DNA from: Oligoflexales bacterium
GTDB lineage: Bacteria > Bdellovibrionota_B > Oligoflexia > Oligoflexales > Bog-1112
Length of the DNA: 64,000 bases
Reading direction: 5' to 3'
Assembly (NCBI GenBank): GCA_045105515.1
Contig: JBGCDR010000074.1
Location: 409 to 64,408, forward strand
A model generated the notes under the pieces. The model searched no databases and had not been told where the DNA came from. It saw only the letters and a list, made by a program, of their open reading frames with translations. The translations under genes were made by a program, and so were the position numbers. Below are positions 58,545-64,000 of the stretch, piece by piece. The stretch's first letter is position 1. Each line of letters begins with the position of its first letter.

Positions 58545-59669
58545 ATGCTCGTTCACATTCCTAAGAATGATCTAGCTTTAGCGATTAGCCGGGTTCAGGG
58601 AGCTGTTGCTGAAAAGAACTTAGGACATATAGGTTTGAAAGCTGTTCAAAAAATGTTGCGAATTATGGCTGCTGATAAAGTGCTGGCCATATACTGTGAC
58701 TTGGATTGCAATGTCGATCAGCAAGGAACTGTATTCATACCTGCAAAGTTTTTTGCCGATGTGGTTAAGGAACTTCCTCAGGGCATGGTCTGTTTACAAT
58801 CAGATGACTCATGGTTAACAATCACAGCAGGACAAAAAGGTGAGTTCACTATCAAGCTTCCACTCAAGGAAGACTTGAGTTGGATGGAGGCGCCTAAATT
58901 CGCTTCATCCAGCAACGTAGCTCTATCGCCCAGCAATAAAATATCATATATGATTGAGCAGGTTCAGTTTTGTGTAGCTCAGGAATCTGCTCGGAGCTAT
59001 GGTGCAGTAGGCTACCTTCACCGGATAGAGGAAGGCACTGTGCGCTTAGTAGGAACAGATGGTTTTCGTCTATCCTACTGTGATGTGTCCTTTCCCATGC
59101 CACAAGGGTTTTTGCCTGAAGGGGTATCGATTTCTAAAAGGGCTTTGAATGAGCTCTTAAGGATGTGTCACGAAGGGTTTGAAGAAATTAAGCTATCAAT
59201 TTCTGACGACCAAACCACTTTGTGTGCTGAAGTCGAAGGTTATCGCATATTTATTCTCTTATCTGCGGTAAAATATCCAAACTATCAGGGAGTGGTTCCA
59301 AAAAAACACCCCGCCCACTTAGAGGTTTCAAGACCGATGCTTCAGAGTGTCGCAAAAAGGGTATTATTGGCCGCAGGTAAAACAAAGGCTTTGCAGATGC
59401 ATTTCTCGACAGATGCCTTAACACTGAGCTCAAAGAATTTAGGCAGTTCTGAAGGCCGAGAGAAGATTGAACTTGCTAACTATCAGGGGCCAGAGTGTAG
59501 CTTGGCCATCAATGGCAAGTATCTTTCTGATGTATTTGTGACAACAAGTAGTGATGAGTTGCAAATACAGTTTAAAAACCATGAAGATCCGGTTGTCTTG
59601 GTACCTGCAAAAGAGCCAAAAGACTGCTTGTCCAGACATATCTTGGTACCTATTCGCGAAAGTGAATAA
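58545..59669 (+). CDS. dnaN: DNA polymerase III beta sliding clamp DnaN
   Basis: 374 aa with the three-domain clamp pattern (LVGTDGFRLS, ALQMHFSTDALTLSS, LVPIRES end), AAGGAAGGA SD, and a position after dnaA. Confidence 0.95.
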   Translation: MLVHIPKNDLALAISRVQGAVAEKNLGHIGLKAVQKMLRIMAADKVLAIYCDLDCNVDQQGTVFIPAKFFADVVKELPQGMVCLQSDDSWLTITAGQKGEFTIKLPLKEDLSWMEAPKFASSSNVALSPSNKISYMIEQVQFCVAQESARSYGAVGYLHRIEEGTVRLVGTDGFRLSYCDVSFPMPQGFLPEGVSISKRALNELLRMCHEGFEEIKLSISDDQTTLCAEVEGYRIFILLSAVKYPNYQGVVPKKHPAHLEVSRPMLQSVAKRVLLAAGKTKALQMHFSTDALTLSSKNLGSSEGREKIELANYQGPECSLAINGKYLSDVFVTTSSDELQIQFKNHEDPVVLVPAKEPKDCLSRHILVPIRESE

Positions 59670-59690
59670 CGAGCAAACTTTGGTCTATAA

Positions 59691-62234
<2,544 letters not shown>

Positions 62235-62274
62235 TCTGCGATCTACTTTTGGAAAGGTTTGAGGATAAAAAGAG

Positions 62275-64000
62275 ATGACCCAAAACAATGTTTTACCGAT
62301 TAATATTGAACAAGAGATAAAATCTTCCTTCTTAGACTATTCCATGAGCGTAATAGTCTCGAGAGCCCTACCCGATGTAAGAGATGGTTTAAAGCCTGTG
62401 CATAGACGTATCCTATATGCCATGTACGGTCTAAAGAATTATCACAACAAGCCCTACCTGAAATCTGCGCGTATTGTTGGTGATGTAATTGGTAAGTATC
62501 ACCCACATGGTGATACTGCCGTTTATGACGCCCTAGTAAGGATGGCCCAAGATTTTTCACTAAGATATATGCTTATTGATGGCCAGGGAAACTTTGGTTC
62601 GGTCGATGGTGATAGTGCGGCAGCTATGCGTTACACTGAATCTCGCATGCAGCAATTTAGTGAGTTCCTGCTAGAAGACTTGGAAAAAGAAACTGTCGAC
62701 TTTGTACCAAATTACGACAACAAGGATGTAGAGCCATCTGTACTACCTGCAAGGGTGCCCCAATTACTCGTCAATGGAGCTTCAGGAATTGCTGTAGGTA
62801 TGGCCACGAATATTCCTCCCCACAATCTTGGGGAAATTTTGGCAGGTCTTAGAGCACTTATAGACAACCCTGAAATTTCTATCCGTGAACTCATGGAATA
62901 TGTAAAAGGCCCAGACTTTCCCACAGCAGGTGAGATACATGGGGTTAAGGGTATCCAAGAGGCATACCACACTGGGCGTGGCACTGTTGTGATGAGAGCT
63001 AAGGCATTTGTCGAAGAATCTGGAAAAGGAACCGGGCGCGATCGGATCATCATTAACGAAATTCCTTTTCAGGTTAACAAAGCAAAGTTGATTGAAAAGA
63101 TTGCTGATTTAGTCCGTAACAAGAAACTTGAGGGTATCTCAGATATCAGAGATGAGTCAGCCAAAGCCGACATTAGAGTGGTCATTGACCTTAAAAGGGG
63201 TGAAGCTGGAGAGATTATACTTAACAACCTTTACAAAATGACCCCGATGCAAAGCAACTTTGGTGTCAATATGGTCGCCTTGTCCGGCGGTACTCCTAAA
63301 CTGCTGAACCTCAAAGACTTATTAAAAGAGTTTTATCAGCACCGTCGAGAAGTAGTTCTTAGAAGGACTGCGTATTTGCTCCGAAAAGCTCAAGAGAGAG
63401 CACATATCTTAATTGGATTGAAGGCTGCTGTTGAAAACGCAGATGATGTTGTTGCTTTGATTCGCAAAGCGAAAGATACGCAAACAGCTCAAAGTGAGTT
63501 GATGTCTCGTTTCGAGTTATCTGAGATCCAAGCAAAAGCCATTTTAGATATGCGATTGGCTCGTTTGACTGGCTTGGAACGAGAAAAAATTATTAAAGAA
63601 TATGAAGAAGTTAGGAAAGAAATCGAAGACTATTCGGATATTTTGAATACCCCTGAAAGGGTTACTGAGATTATTTTAGAAGAACTAAAAGAGGTTCAAG
63701 AAAAATTCGCTGACGAAAGAAAAACCAAGGTGCTTGTTAGTGACGCTGATGAGTTTACCATGGAAAGTTTAGTGGCTGATGAGGAAGTCACTGTTACCAT
63801 GACCCATGCAGGTTATGTTAAGCGCACCGTTTTATCGGAAATTACTGCTCAAAAAAGGGGGGGTAAAGGCCGCAGCGGTATGCTGATGAAAGAAGACGAT
63901 TTTGTTACAGATATTTTCACTACGACCAACCATCAGTCTTTACTTTGTTTTACTAGTAAAGGTAGAGTTTATAATCTCAAAGTTTATCAGCTACCTGAAG
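62275..64000 (+). CDS. gyrA: DNA gyrase subunit A, N-terminal 575 aa (runs off the right edge)
   Basis: ATG at 62275 with a GAGGA SD. Translation gives [50 protein letters not shown]..., the [21 protein letters not shown] and the catalytic-Tyr context AAMRYTE. It is not in the ORF track because it is truncated. Confidence 0.97.
   Translation, partial: MTQNNVLPINIEQEIKSSFLDYSMSVIVSRALPDVRDGLKPVHRRILYAMYGLKNYHNKPYLKSARIVGDVIGKYHPHGDTAVYDALVRMAQDFSLRYMLIDGQGNFGSVDGDSAAAMRYTESRMQQFSEFLLEDLEKETVDFVPNYDNKDVEPSVLPARVPQLLVNGASGIAVGMATNIPPHNLGEILAGLRALIDNPEISIRELMEYVKGPDFPTAGEIHGVKGIQEAYHTGRGTVVMRAKAFVEESGKGTGRDRIIINEIPFQVNKAKLIEKIADLVRNKKLEGISDIRDESAKADIRVVIDLKRGEAGEIILNNLYKMTPMQSNFGVNMVALSGGTPKLLNLKDLLKEFYQHRREVVLRRTAYLLRKAQERAHILIGLKAAVENADDVVALIRKAKDTQTAQSELMSRFELSEIQAKAILDMRLARLTGLEREKIIKEYEEVRKEIEDYSDILNTPERVTEIILEELKEVQEKFADERKTKVLVSDADEFTMESLVADEEVTVTMTHAGYVKRTVLSEITAQKRGGKGRSGMLMKEDDFVTDIFTTTNHQSLLCFTSKGRVYNLKVYQLPE

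Overview
This window is the chromosomal replication-origin neighbourhood of an AT-rich Gram-negative bacterium (roughly 38-40% GC, judged by eye). At the right end, atpZ/atpI-atpB-atpE lie on the minus strand and dnaA-dnaN-gyrB-gyrA on the plus strand. A dense DnaA-box cluster in the dnaA-dnaN spacer is the oriC candidate, and gene orientation switches there. Moving left come parA-parB with two canonical parS palindromes, then the rest of the F1Fo ATP synthase (b', b, delta, alpha, gamma, beta, epsilon), a GT4 glycosyltransferase and an SDR epimerase. Next is a 15-kb plus-strand division/cell-wall cluster: rsmH-ftsL-ftsI-[antisense Nudix]-murE-murF-mraY-murD-ftsW-murC-ftsQ-ftsA-ftsZ. The left 28 kb holds housekeeping genes: clpS-clpA, a motAB-like pair, a UbiD-family decarboxylase, maf, threonine aldolase, rapA, apaG, dCMP deaminase, ribD, a class-III aminotransferase, a CPBP protease and a LysM lipoprotein. 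It also holds accessory-looking genes: a eukaryote-style full-length ABCC transporter coupled to clpA, a Tlc/Npt1-type ATP/ADP translocase, an HTH protein with a degenerate ImmA/IrrE domain, a secreted triple Cys-repeat protein and a DUF4360-like secreted protein. I recognised no rRNA, tRNA, CRISPR array, transposase or integrase. I did not find a compact, clearly novel multi-gene system such as a defence island. The most unusual items are the host-interaction-type transporters, the parABS wedge inside a split atp gene set with an 800-bp structured spacer, the origin architecture, and a 734-bp gene-free structured region downstream of the LysM gene. All family assignments come from motifs read by eye and from recollection of family signatures. 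No database search or folding computation was possible. GyrB with a long insertion, RapA, ApaG, ClpS and b/b' subunits suggest a Proteobacteria-related lineage (Bdellovibrionota/Oligoflexia-like is a guess), and Tlc suggests host association.
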